From contig CAKUWT010000001.1 in assembly GCA_934699595.1 (NCBI GenBank), positions 289,033 through 353,032 on the forward strand: DNA of 64,000 nt. The letters are read 5' to 3'. The position numbers and the translations under genes were made by a program. Under the pieces are notes generated by a model. It was not told the origin of the DNA. It did no database searches and was given only the letters and a program-made list of their open reading frames with translations. This document shows, piece by piece, positions 28,215 to 38,622 of this stretch; within the stretch, counting starts at the first letter, position 1, and each line of letters starts with the position of its first letter. This DNA comes from an uncultured Patescibacteria group bacterium. Its GTDB lineage: Bacteria > Patescibacteriota > Minisyncoccia > Phycocordibacterales > UBA918.

Positions 28215-29306
28215 ATGTCTAAGTTCTTACTCACTCTCCTACTGCTTTTTCCAGGAATATCTCTAGCCCAATCCGGAGTCACCTCTCTACAAAACATTCT
28301 GACTAATCTTACTGTTTTTATTAATAACTTGTTACTGCCTACGGTATTAGCAATCGCTTTTTTAATCTTTGTCATTAATGTCTTTCGCTACTTTGTAGTA
28401 CAAAGCCACACTGAGGAGGGGCAAAAAAAAGCACGGGCTTTGGCTCTCTGGAGTGTGCTAGCCTTCGTAGCTGTCCTTCTTTTCTGGGGATTAACTAGCT
28501 TAATTGTTTCCGGTATCGGACTTACTGATAAATGTATCGATGGTTATGACCGCACTCTTTCAGACTATATAGCCAGGACCCCACTCTGCAGTTCTGTCCC
28601 CCCTAAACCAAAACCAACTCCTCCAGTTCCTCCAACCCCTCCGACCCCACCAACTCCTCCTACCCCACCTACCACGCCTGACCCAGGTGGAATAGGTAGT
28701 GGTGGAACTCCATCTGACACAACGGTTACCATTGCCACCGTCAGGGATAAAACCAAGACTTATTTTGATTCAGTCATGAGCGCCACTTTTGGTCACAACA
28801 CCAACGCCGTAGCAAGTGCCCTACTCGCGGACCTCTACACAGCTCCAAGCAGCCTTACCAGCAACCACGATCGGTCAGTGGCTGCCTACCGACTACAACA
28901 ACTTGGCGTACTATCAAACAAAGAGTTTAATGATTATCTCGCTGCTTTAAATGCTGAAGAAGTTGCTAAAGGATCAATTGTTCGTTTTACGCCAACTACT
29001 GCTAAAGCTGCAGCCATCACCTCCCCCAACGCTGCTCTTAAAGTCAACGCCGACCGCACTTTTACCGCCATGGCTGATATCGGCATTGGTAAAGAGGATT
29101 TGGAAATACTCACCGCCCTCAGAGACTCTCCACTGAAGACCACCGAGAAGATACAGGAGTTTGATTGGATCTATAATTCAGGAACCAGACTTGATGGCAC
29201 CTGGATACCCGCCGATCACGATCCAAACGGAAAAGTTAGGAAAGATTACGTAGCCGATACCAATGCCGCCGCCTTTTTCGCCGGCAGCACAGACTTTATA
29301 GAATAA
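28215..29306 (+). CDS. secreted/membrane protein with a signal peptide, two hydrophobic helices, a Pro/Thr-rich (PTPP)n linker and a roughly 230-aa C-terminal domain
   Basis: The N-terminus reads MSKFLLTLLLLFPGISLAQS. Two TM-like segments are followed by PKPKPTPPVPPTPPTPPTPPTPPTTPDP. Confidence 0.45.
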   Translation: MSKFLLTLLLLFPGISLAQSGVTSLQNILTNLTVFINNLLLPTVLAIAFLIFVINVFRYFVVQSHTEEGQKKARALALWSVLAFVAVLLFWGLTSLIVSGIGLTDKCIDGYDRTLSDYIARTPLCSSVPPKPKPTPPVPPTPPTPPTPPTPPTTPDPGGIGSGGTPSDTTVTIATVRDKTKTYFDSVMSATFGHNTNAVASALLADLYTAPSSLTSNHDRSVAAYRLQQLGVLSNKEFNDYLAALNAEEVAKGSIVRFTPTTAKAAAITSPNAALKVNADRTFTAMADIGIGKEDLEILTALRDSPLKTTEKIQEFDWIYNSGTRLDGTWIPADHDPNGKVRKDYVADTNAAAFFAGSTDFIE

Positions 29307-29387
29307 AATTATTTACTTATCAGGAAGCCTGACTCAGAAGTACAATTAGACTACGCTCAGCAAAAAATCTCCCTGTCAGGGACCAAA

Positions 29388-29435
29388 TAAAATGACCTAT
29401 CGCAAGATAGGTCATTTTATTTGGTTCTTTTTGTT
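29388..29435. terminator. bidirectional rho-independent terminator between the convergent 28215 gene and the 16S rRNA
   Basis: The hairpin aaaatgacctatc-gcaa-gataggtcatttt is followed by atttggttcttttt. An A-run on the 5' side serves the opposite strand. Confidence 0.55.
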
Positions 29436-29619
29436 ATAAAAAATCTCATACTATTCAAACTCATCACGGCAACAAACTCTCTTTTGTCTTATCCTTTTTG
29501 GCCTGGTCTTTCCCAGGAGTCTGATACCACTTCAGAGTGTTCTGTATCTTCTACTCATTATCTGCTCAATTGAGGCAGATAATATCGACCAATTAGCCGT
29601 TTGTGATTTGGGTCACCCC

Positions 29620-31098
<1,479 letters not shown>

Positions 31099-31572
31099 AC
31101 AGGTACTGAAAAAGTAAACTTTTTCGTGTATCTGCGTTTCTGAGCATATGGTGTATCTGTACTGATTGATACTCCGCTCGAAGAAACATTTTTCCAATTA
31201 AGGATAAGACAAAAGAAAGAACCAAAAGAAATTTTAGTTTTCTTTTGCCTATGTGCTGTGATGCATACTACATCATTTTACTTTTAACAAAATAAAAAAG
31301 ATGTCGTACATCATATCTAATCTGCATTAGATATGTTTAGTATGAAATTTTCAAATAACAGCCATTCTCTTTTGAGTATTTCCTGGTCATAAATAAGGCA
31401 AATAAATAGAGCAACGAAGTCTCGTTCCCCTTTCTCCTCGACCAGTCAACAATCAAACGAACAGTGGGAGCATTATACAGAGTCTGAAAAATAATGCAAG
31501 CTTTTTAACTTACTCACCGACTTGAAAAAGTCTAGCTACGCAACCGAGACCGCGAACTATCAAAACACCCTG

Positions 31573-31612
31573 TTTTTGGTGGGGGTTTCTATACAGAAAC
31601 CCCCACCAAAAA
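31573..31612. repeat. perfect 17-bp inverted repeat with a 6-nt loop upstream of the 16S
   Basis: The sequence is tttttggtgggggtttc-tataca-gaaacccccaccaaaaa. Confidence 0.6.
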
Positions 31613-32019
31613 CCATCAAAAAACCCGCTCTGACAAATCAGGCGGGTGGATTAATTAGGCGGAGCTAAAGTACAGACAACTGATCGCTGAGGAATACCAT
31701 CATGGATACCCTCCCGCCAGTAGTCGTCAATAACTCTCCTAAGAAACCTTCTTCAAGGGTGACCCAGTCACTCACTAACGGTCAAGCCGCAGTGGTGCGA
31801 GTCCTCCAGGAAGTTAACCCGGCAAAGATCAGAACTGAGCGCTAGCACGAAGCTAGGCTCGCTCGATCAAGTCGGGACTAGGTCGAAGACTGACAGTGTC
31901 AGCCCCCACCCTTAGTAAGGTCGACTAGATTTAATCGAACTGACAAAGGGTGGATGAACAAAGTAGAAAGGAAATGGTTTGGAGTGGGCAACCAGAATCA
32001 ATGGTTGCCCACTCCTTCC

Positions 32020-33390
32020 TTACGCCGCCGCAGAAGTCGGCCTGGCCGGAGCCATAACCCCAGTCAGGCGACCATCGCTCCAGGCACGGGCAATCACCCT
32101 GTTCAAACTCATCGCTTTGATGGCTTGGGTCTGATCAAGGATACCAACCAGTTTCAACTGGCCAGCTTCCGTGGCCGTGGCCTTGAGCCAGAACTCCTCT
32201 CCAGCCACCGTAAAGTGGAGGAAGGATTCCTTGCCAGGCTCTTGGAGCATCGCCTCGACCACTTCAGGATTCAAGTAGGTGATATTCACCCGCTCTTCCT
32301 GTGTGGCCGCATTAAGTTCTTCGCGGATTCCTCGCGCGTAGCGGCGAGTTGTCCGCGAATAAGCCTTGGCTGTGTCGGCTGCTTCCATTGCCTGTCCAGC
32401 TTTATCATCAGCTGTGTCGGCAGTGGTCTTCGCCGTCATTGCCGCCGCTTGCGCGCTGGCAACTAGGTCGCTCATCCTTGTGAACGCTTCGGTCTGGTCG
32501 CCGATTTTCTTCTGGAGATCTTTTTGTGTGAGGAAGACGATAATCGTCCCCACCAAGGCCAGCAGAGCCAGAATCGCAGCTCCTAATGCCCACCAGAGAG
32601 ACTTGCCAGCAGTGGTCGCAGCGTCAGTCGCTTTGGCGTCAGCCACCGCCACGTCGGTCTTCAGCTGACCGACATCGGCCTCAACAGCATCAAGCCGAAG
32701 CTCAATGCCCGCCAAGTGCGCAGCGATATCAGCCATGGTCGCCCGATTCTCGCGAATCTGCTCCACGACCTCCGCAGTCGGCACGCCGAGGTTTTCCAAC
32801 CCCGCCGTCACCAACCTCTCCACCTCACCGCGAGTCATGGACTCGGTCGGTGCGACGGTGATCTTGGGGAAGGTCTCCTTCACCAGAGCAATCACTTGCT
32901 CTGGTGTGAGCATGGTCGACTCGACCTTGCTCGCCCAGTCCTCGAACGCGGCTTGAAGCTCGGAAGCTTCCGTAGCCGCGATCGCCGGCTCAGGGGTTCC
33001 TGCCTTCGCTGGCAGAACCATTCCTTCTGTCGTCGGGAAAAAGTAACTTTTCCCCTTCATCAGATAGTAATGGCTCTCCTGCGAGGGCTGCTTCGGAAAC
33101 AATTCCCTGTTCCCGAAAAAGACTGCTTTCATGCAGTCAACAGTGACTGCTTTCGCCAGACCGGCTGGCCTGACAAAGTCAAGGTAGCAGCCATTCCAGA
33201 GCGAGTCGCGCCCCGTCATGGCTGTCCGACTTTCCCACACCTTCACCATTGGCAAGTAGGGCGAGGTAACCTCGATTTTCTTGCCAGTGGAAGTGAAGGT
33301 AGTTTGGTACGCCCAGGTGGGTGCACCAAATCCTATCCCTAGGATGAAGACGGTCACCAAGGTGGCCGCCCGCTTCAGAATATGTCGCAT
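32020..33390 (-). CDS. secreted hypothetical protein with an Ala-rich coiled region and a central TM segment (GC-rich island)
   Basis: A signal peptide (MRHILKRAATLVTVFILGIGFGAPTWA) is present. A strong SD (AAAGGGAGG) lies 7 nt upstream. A terminator hairpin (ggagtgggcaacc...ggttgcccactcc) follows the stop. Confidence 0.45.
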   Translation of the reverse strand: MRHILKRAATLVTVFILGIGFGAPTWAYQTTFTSTGKKIEVTSPYLPMVKVWESRTAMTGRDSLWNGCYLDFVRPAGLAKAVTVDCMKAVFFGNRELFPKQPSQESHYYLMKGKSYFFPTTEGMVLPAKAGTPEPAIAATEASELQAAFEDWASKVESTMLTPEQVIALVKETFPKITVAPTESMTRGEVERLVTAGLENLGVPTAEVVEQIRENRATMADIAAHLAGIELRLDAVEADVGQLKTDVAVADAKATDAATTAGKSLWWALGAAILALLALVGTIIVFLTQKDLQKKIGDQTEAFTRMSDLVASAQAAAMTAKTTADTADDKAGQAMEAADTAKAYSRTTRRYARGIREELNAATQEERVNITYLNPEVVEAMLQEPGKESFLHFTVAGEEFWLKATATEAGQLKLVGILDQTQAIKAMSLNRVIARAWSDGRLTGVMAPARPTSAAA

Positions 33391-33447
33391 AGCGACCTCC
33401 CTTTTTTCAGGTTATTTTTATCAGGCGGTCTGGCGACCGCCTGATAA

Positions 33448-34023
33448 TCACTGCATCAGCACGCATGTCGGACAACCACTCAAAGTCGAATTGACCTGGG
33501 TGGCATTGCTCGAACTTGAGCCGGCAGCGGCGTTGGAGTTACCTCCTTGTCCACCCTGGCCACCTTGTCCGCCTTGACCACCAGACGCTTTGACTGTTGT
33601 CTCGGAGCTGTTCTGGTTGGCGTTTTCGTTGGACGCCCCCGCGACAGCGGTGGCGCCCTCAATCGCGATCTGCGTACCACAATTACCTTTGCACCGTCCG
33701 GCCAATGCGCCAGCGGTTTGGATAGCCGCAGCACCCATGCCGCTCGTCATTCCGACGACGACTTGACCAGCCACCGTCGGTCCGATTTGGACTTCGCCAG
33801 CGGTCTGCACCACCCGGCCGTCAGCCGTGCGGGCGTACATGCCTGCCACCGTTGCCTGTCCGTTGATGCTGTTTGAGCCACTGGCGACAGCCAGGTATTG
33901 GCCGTCCGGCATCAACGTGATGTCTGGGGCCTTCGGTTTTTCCATCGTCCCCTGCGGTCCACAGGCGGCGAGAAACAAAGTTGCCACCAAGGACAACCTT
34001 ACCAGAACTTTCTGTTTCATTTT
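33448..34023 (-). CDS. lipoprotein with a GGQ repeat and a C-terminal CPTC motif (GC-rich island)
   Basis: The start MKQKVLVRLSLVATLFLAACG carries a lipobox (LAAC). The repeat GGQGGQGGQGGQGG is present. The protein ends SGCPTCVLMQ. Confidence 0.45.
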   Translation of the reverse strand, partial: KMKQKVLVRLSLVATLFLAACGPQGTMEKPKAPDITLMPDGQYLAVASGSNSINGQATVAGMYARTADGRVVQTAGEVQIGPTVAGQVVVGMTSGMGAAAIQTAGALAGRCKGNCGTQIAIEGATAVAGASNENANQNSSETTVKASGGQGGQGGQGGQGGNSNAAAGSSSSNATQVNSTLSGCPTCVLMQ

Positions 34024-34048
34024 TTGTTCCTTTCTGGATGAGCTGGTT

Positions 34049-34714
34049 TCAGCGGATACCGAAGCCCTGGCCCGAGGTGCCAAAGCCGCTTTGGTGTCTT
34101 GTGGAGTACGTCTGCCCGAGGACAGTCACCCCCGGAATATACACGCCGCATAGGTAGAGACCATTCGTCACTACCGATGGCGTGCTGTGATACTCAGTCC
34201 AGCTCCGCGACGCCGGTTTCATCGGCGGCGGTGCTGGAGTGATCACTTTCCAGACCAAGTTCAAACAACCAAGCGACACGGCGGTCACCCAGCTACCGTC
34301 CGGTCTTTCGACCTGGATCAGCTGCTCTTTGTTGTAACACCTCCGAGAGAACCAGCTGATCGTGCCATCCGCACGAAGACCGCTGGTCTCGATAGTGTCG
34401 CCATTGCAAGCAACGGTGCGCAGCTTTCCCTGCTGGGAAAGCTGCTGAAAAACAGCCTCCGTATTCGGAATGCCAGCAGCCATCGCCAACTGCTTCCGCA
34501 CGGCCGCATAGGCAGCATTGGAAGCAAAGTAGTGGCGAGGATTGGCCACTAATTCGTTAAGAGTCGGCGGTGTTCCGCCTTTACCCAGATAGTATTCCGT
34601 TTTTGCAAACGGAGCCAGAGTGGCAGCGCTGGCAAAAGTTGCCAGCGTCAAAGTCATCGCCGCGACCAACGCGGTGATGATTGCTCCCGCGCGGGCGCGC
34701 GACGAAGTCAACAT
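34049..34714 (-). CDS. secreted hypothetical protein (GC-rich island)
   Basis: The start MLTSSRARAGAIITALVAAMTLTLATFASA is signal-like. An SD (AAAGGAAA) lies upstream. The gap to the next gene is 25 bp. Confidence 0.4.
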   Translation of the reverse strand: MLTSSRARAGAIITALVAAMTLTLATFASAATLAPFAKTEYYLGKGGTPPTLNELVANPRHYFASNAAYAAVRKQLAMAAGIPNTEAVFQQLSQQGKLRTVACNGDTIETSGLRADGTISWFSRRCYNKEQLIQVERPDGSWVTAVSLGCLNLVWKVITPAPPPMKPASRSWTEYHSTPSVVTNGLYLCGVYIPGVTVLGQTYSTRHQSGFGTSGQGFGIR

Positions 34715-35103
34715 TTTTATTTCCTTTCTTGTCAAGGAACAGTCGGAACTGTCCTCTTGGTTAAACCTCAGCCGTTTCCTAGTTTGCACCACAGAGACGG
34801 CTGGGGTAGTTCCCTTTTCCTAGCGAGAACCGTAGCATACTTTAAAGAAAAAATCAAGTCTGGAGACACCATTCTGGTAATTAAAAAAGCTCACCGAAAA
34901 ATAAAACTGGCGAGCAACAAAAAACCCCGCCGAAGTGAAAAGTCACATTCATACGGGGTTATCTTTTTCTCTCGACCAGCGAGAGGAATTCTTGGGGAGT
35001 AACTATCTACCTTAGACAGCCGCTCGGGTGATGGATGTGGCTCGTGGACACACTCATCGTGGATAGGTGTGGGAAGGCGACAAGTCGCCCTCCCACCAAA
35101 AGC

Positions 35104-35544
35104 TCATTTGGTCGAAAAATCGAGCTTGGAACCGAAGGTGAACTCGCCCATGGCGGCCGAGCCCGACTGTGCAGTCACACCACCCGTGCCGACGCTCTTC
35201 GCGTAGGTATTGCCCTTCGCCAACTGGTTGGCGTCAAAGCCGGAGAAGAGCACCTGGTCGCCACACCCGGCGCCGCAGTTCGGGTCGACCTTGATCGACC
35301 CGCCGCCCCAGGCGTTGTAGGAATCCACGGTGGAGGATTCCACCACTCCTTCCTTGTCGCCGAAAGCAAAGCCTTGGCCTTGGACCTGTCCGGTCCAATT
35401 CATCTTGAGGTCCATCTGCAGCACCGGCTGTTGCGGGGTCTGCTGCTGCCCACCACTGCAGCCCCAGCAGCCCGCGGCCGCAAAGCCGGCAGTGCCGAGA
35501 GTCAGGGCGGCGGTCGCGATCGCGATCTTAAAGAACTTGTTCAT
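35104..35544 (-). CDS. small secreted Gly/Cys-rich protein (GC-rich island)
   Basis: The start MNKFFKIAIATAALTLGTAGFAAAGCWGCSGG is signal-like. An SD (AAGGAAAA) lies upstream. Confidence 0.4.
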   Translation of the reverse strand: MNKFFKIAIATAALTLGTAGFAAAGCWGCSGGQQQTPQQPVLQMDLKMNWTGQVQGQGFAFGDKEGVVESSTVDSYNAWGGGSIKVDPNCGAGCGDQVLFSGFDANQLAKGNTYAKSVGTGGVTAQSGSAAMGEFTFGSKLDFSTK

Positions 35545-35786
35545 GGCGGTTTTCCTTTTCAAAACCGGTTGAGATTTTGGAGCCGAAGCTCCAGTGAACG
35601 CTCTGCCAAAAACGGCAGACGTCCGAGGAAAGGGGTGACCACTCGCAAAAATGATCCGCACGCCTTATCCGTTCTCAACAGAACTGCCCACGAGTATACA
35701 GACATCCACAAGTTTGTCAAGAGCTCCCGTCTGTATTACCAAGCAAACCTTCAAAAAGAAACCTCGGCCTCATCATGAGGGCTAGT

Positions 35787-35839
35787 ATCAACAAAAAAGC
35801 TGGACGTTGCTTGGTTCTTTAAACCAAGCAACGTCCAGC
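35787..35839 (-). terminator. strong rho-independent terminator (19-bp perfect stem) after the 35852-36193 gene
   Basis: The hairpin agctggacgttgcttggtt-cttta-aaccaagcaacgtccagct is followed on the minus strand by TTTTTTGTTG. Confidence 0.6.
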
Positions 35840-35851
35840 TAGTAAACTCCC

Positions 35852-36193
35852 TCATATCTCAGCATCCGGTCGAGTTTTTTTAGATATTGGTGGGGCCGGA
35901 TACTTTTCAAAAGAACAAGAAAAACTCCCAGTGATTATTTCTTCCTTGGTACAGGTAATCATGTAATCCTTCTGTCCCACCACAATATCATAGTGAGCAT
36001 TGGGATAAATATCACCATAGAGAATCACCCTTGATGAGCTCTGAAGTTCAAACAACAATTCTTGAATGGATAACTGAACACGGAGGTTAAAGTTCTCTTT
36101 AGCCAACTTATCAGTGAAGCTGTTCAAAAAACGAACTTCCTCACTGCGGGCTCGGTAACTATTTTCTATTGAGATTAAGCTCGTCGTAACCAC
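35852..36193 (-). CDS. hypothetical protein (AT-rich gene inside the GC-rich island); the start is uncertain (GTG, or a frameshifted upstream ATG)
   Basis: An ORF of about 113 codons with a strong downstream terminator. An SD-preceded ATG at 36236 is in another frame. Confidence 0.35.
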   Translation of the reverse strand: MVTTSLISIENSYRARSEEVRFLNSFTDKLAKENFNLRVQLSIQELLFELQSSSRVILYGDIYPNAHYDIVVGQKDYMITCTKEEIITGSFSCSFEKYPAPPISKKTRPDAEI

Positions 36194-36352
36194 GGCGGCA
36201 CTGACACCAGTGCACGACCAGTCTGAGAATTTTTCCAGTCTTACGCATCGTCGCTTCCCTCCTCACCTTACTCAGATTACTAGAAGTCTTCTATGTAAAA
36301 ACCCGGGCAAGAATCCTTGCCCGGGTTGGTGATTCGCGAAGCGAATCCTGTC

Positions 36353-36847
36353 TTACTTGCTGATGACACCAGCGCCGGCCTGAGCGCCCGCGATCGCGGT
36401 CGTATCCTGAACGGCAATGGCGACCGCGCCGCCGCTGTCGCCGGCACCATAGACCTTGGTGACCCCGAACTGGGCCATAGGCTCGGTGTGCCCGGCATAC
36501 ACGATCTGCGAAGTCCCGCAGGCCTTGATCAACCCTTGGTTGGCCAGGGAAAGATCGCGGTTGTCGCCGGTCGGCGACGTCGCCGGATTCTCCGACACCA
36601 GGATATAGCCAGGGGCGAACAGTCCGCCGCCGCGCGCGACTTTCGTCGCTCCGCAGCGGAACTCCGTGTCCTCGGCGACCACCTTGCCGCCGGCCAGCCT
36701 GGTGCCGGCCGGCAGCGGGATCACCTTCTCGAAGGTGTCCACCCCAGTCACAATACCGGGTGCCGTCGTCGGCACAGTGCCACAGGCGCCGAGGCCCATG
36801 ATCGTGGCGGCGGTGATGATCAAACCAAATTTGCCGTGTACCTTCAT
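36353..36847 (-). CDS. lipoprotein, hypothetical (GC-rich island)
   Basis: The start MKVHGKFGLIITAATIMGLGACG carries a lipobox. An SD (GGGAGAAG) lies upstream. Confidence 0.4.
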   Translation of the reverse strand: MKVHGKFGLIITAATIMGLGACGTVPTTAPGIVTGVDTFEKVIPLPAGTRLAGGKVVAEDTEFRCGATKVARGGGLFAPGYILVSENPATSPTGDNRDLSLANQGLIKACGTSQIVYAGHTEPMAQFGVTKVYGAGDSGGAVAIAVQDTTAIAGAQAGAGVISK

Positions 36848-37013
36848 CTTCACTTCTCCCGTTTCAAAGAAGATTGACAACTTCCCGCAGACACACCATT
36901 GTCTCTGCCAGTTTGTCAATTCTGCGCCTGAGGTTAGCAAACAATTATTGTTTTGTCAAGAGGAGCATAGAAGCGAGTGGCTGGGACTTTACCTTAACTG
37001 CTACTCACCGTTA

Positions 37014-37098
37014 AAAATAACCGCCGCCGACAAAGTCGGTGGCGGTTATTTTCACTAACTCAAATATAAAAATAGCCCCCGCATTTGCATGCGAGGGC
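37014..37098 (-). terminator. two tandem stem-loop terminators downstream of the 37144-37587 gene
   Basis: The hairpins are aaaataaccgccgccgac-aaag-tcggtggcggttatttt and gcccccgcat-ttgc-atgcgagggc. Each is followed by a T-run on the minus strand. Confidence 0.5.
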
Positions 37099-37143
37099 TG
37101 AGGGTCACTGACAGTTTTTGCCAACAACCGATGCTTGAGCCCG

Positions 37144-37587
37144 TTACCGGGGGGGGCCGTAGCCGCCGGTGGACGGCTCGATGATGCCGCCGGCGTTGAC
37201 ATAGCCGGAGTTCGTCCCATTTTCCTGGGTCATGACACGGGCCGGGGCCCTGATGCCGAAACTCGCGGCCGCCGCCTTGCCACGGGTGCCGCTGGCAGCA
37301 TCCGAGAAGGAAACGACTTGGCCCTGGCTGGCGCCGTTCGGCCCCGTGATCAGGATGTCGGCGGATGCGTTGCCCTCGAGCTGTTTGTAGCTTTCGCTCT
37401 CGGCCTTGGTGAGGTCACCCTTGGCCAGCCCGACGTTGTTGGTGTTCGTGAACCCGTCGTACCAGCCGGAGGCCTGCAGCGAGGTCACGTTCAGCCGGGG
37501 ATGCTTGATCCCGCCAGCAAAGACGGGGGCAGCGACGAGAGACATGATCGCAGTGGTGATGGCAATCGTTTTGGCTTTGTTGAACAT
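37144..37587 (-). CDS. secreted hypothetical protein (GC-rich island)
   Basis: The start MFNKAKTIAITTAIMSLVAAPVFAGG is signal-like. An SD (AAGGAG) lies 6 nt upstream. Confidence 0.4.
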   Translation of the reverse strand: MFNKAKTIAITTAIMSLVAAPVFAGGIKHPRLNVTSLQASGWYDGFTNTNNVGLAKGDLTKAESESYKQLEGNASADILITGPNGASQGQVVSFSDAASGTRGKAAAASFGIRAPARVMTQENGTNSGYVNAGGIIEPSTGGYGPPR

Positions 37588-37690
37588 CGTCAACTCCTTG
37601 TAAAAAGATCTCCCTAACACCCCCTTGGTGCTGGGGCGTTCCTCTGTGGAACAGCAGACGTAAGTTAACACAAGTAGAAAAAAATACAAT

Positions 37691-37718
37691 ATTGACAATA
37701 TGCCAAAAATATATACTA
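37691..37718 (+). promoter_or_regulatory. candidate sigma70-like promoter for the 37824 gene
   Basis: A TTGACA is followed 14-16 nt later by TATACT / TACTAA. The spacing is suboptimal. Confidence 0.25.
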
Positions 37719-37823
37719 ATTTAAGAGCCCCATCCCCTTCTTTAGCCGGGACCTTTTGATCCTTCTGATCCTCTTCCCCAGCGACCACCCGAGACCAACA
37801 AAATCTGTTACAATGGTAGCCGT

Positions 37824-38528
37824 ATGTCTTCAGAAAAACCAGAAACTATCGTGATGTCAGTCGGCGGCTCGCTGATTGTGCCCGACCAAATCGACACCGG
37901 CTTCCTTACCAATCTTAAAAATTTTATTAATGAGCAACTAGCGACGAGTCATCGTCGTTTTATTATTATTGCCGGCGGCGGCCGTACCGCTAGACGCTAT
38001 CAGGATGCGGCCGCGGCTGTTTCGGAGCTGGCTCGCGACGACCTTGATTGGCTAGGCATTCATGCTACCCAGCTGAATGGCCACCTCTTGCGCACCGTAA
38101 TGCGGGAGCACGCCTACCCGATCATGATTAATAACCCTGACGATATTCTTGACGTTCCCGCTCGAGAACGGCTCATCATCGCCGCTGGCTATCGACCCGG
38201 TTGTTCGACTGATTTGCGCGCTATTCAAATTGCCGAACGCACTCATGCCAAGAAAATCGTCAACTTGTCCAACACCGATTACGTCTACGACAGCGACCCC
38301 CGCACCAATCCAGAGGCAAAAAGAATTGAGACCACCACCTGGCCGGAGTTCCGCAAGTTGATTCCTGAGGAGTGGGACCCAGGACTATCAGTCCCCTTCG
38401 ATCCAATTGCGGCTAAGGCCGCAGAACGCCTACACCTAGAGGTCGCCCATATCAATGGAACCAACCTCTCGGAGCTAAGTCTCTACCTTAATGATCAAAA
38501 CTTTGTGGGAACCAGAATTACTTCTTAG
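37824..38528 (+). CDS. pyrH: UMP kinase-like amino-acid-kinase-family protein
   Basis: The motifs MSVGGSLIVP and IIIAGGGRTARRY fit the carbamate/UMP kinase fold. The gene symbol is tentative. Confidence 0.5.
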   Translation: MSSEKPETIVMSVGGSLIVPDQIDTGFLTNLKNFINEQLATSHRRFIIIAGGGRTARRYQDAAAAVSELARDDLDWLGIHATQLNGHLLRTVMREHAYPIMINNPDDILDVPARERLIIAAGYRPGCSTDLRAIQIAERTHAKKIVNLSNTDYVYDSDPRTNPEAKRIETTTWPEFRKLIPEEWDPGLSVPFDPIAAKAAERLHLEVAHINGTNLSELSLYLNDQNFVGTRITS

Positions 38529-38542
38529 GTTTGCCGAGAGTA

Positions 38543-38590
38543 AAAATCACCCATTTTGGCAGCAGCCAAAATGGGTGATTTTTCTTATTT
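38543..38590. terminator. bidirectional terminator between convergent genes
   Basis: The hairpin aaaaatcacccattttggc-agcagcc-aaaatgggtgattttt is flanked by A- and T-runs. Confidence 0.6.
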
Positions 38591-38622
38591 CTTTCTAGCA
38601 CACAAACTTCTGTACTGTATTC

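Noticed and set aside
28600-28690. Short tandem CCNACNCCT repeats, considered as a possible CRISPR or minisatellite
   Set aside because: They are in-frame codon repeats encoding a (PTPP)n linker inside a CDS. There are no spacers and no cas genes.
31650-31980. GC-rich structured non-coding stretch, examined as a possible ncRNA (SRP RNA, RNase P RNA, tmRNA)
   Set aside because: No convincing conserved core motifs for any of these were found. It is left unassigned.
32366-37617. Many overlapping plus-strand and antisense ORFs in the GC-rich island (e.g. 31954-32466, 32716-33342, 35035-35778, 36317-36877, 37135-37617)
   Set aside because: High GC generates long spurious reading frames. They are Arg-rich antisense translations of the better-supported minus-strand genes. 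Those minus-strand genes have signal peptides, SDs and terminators.
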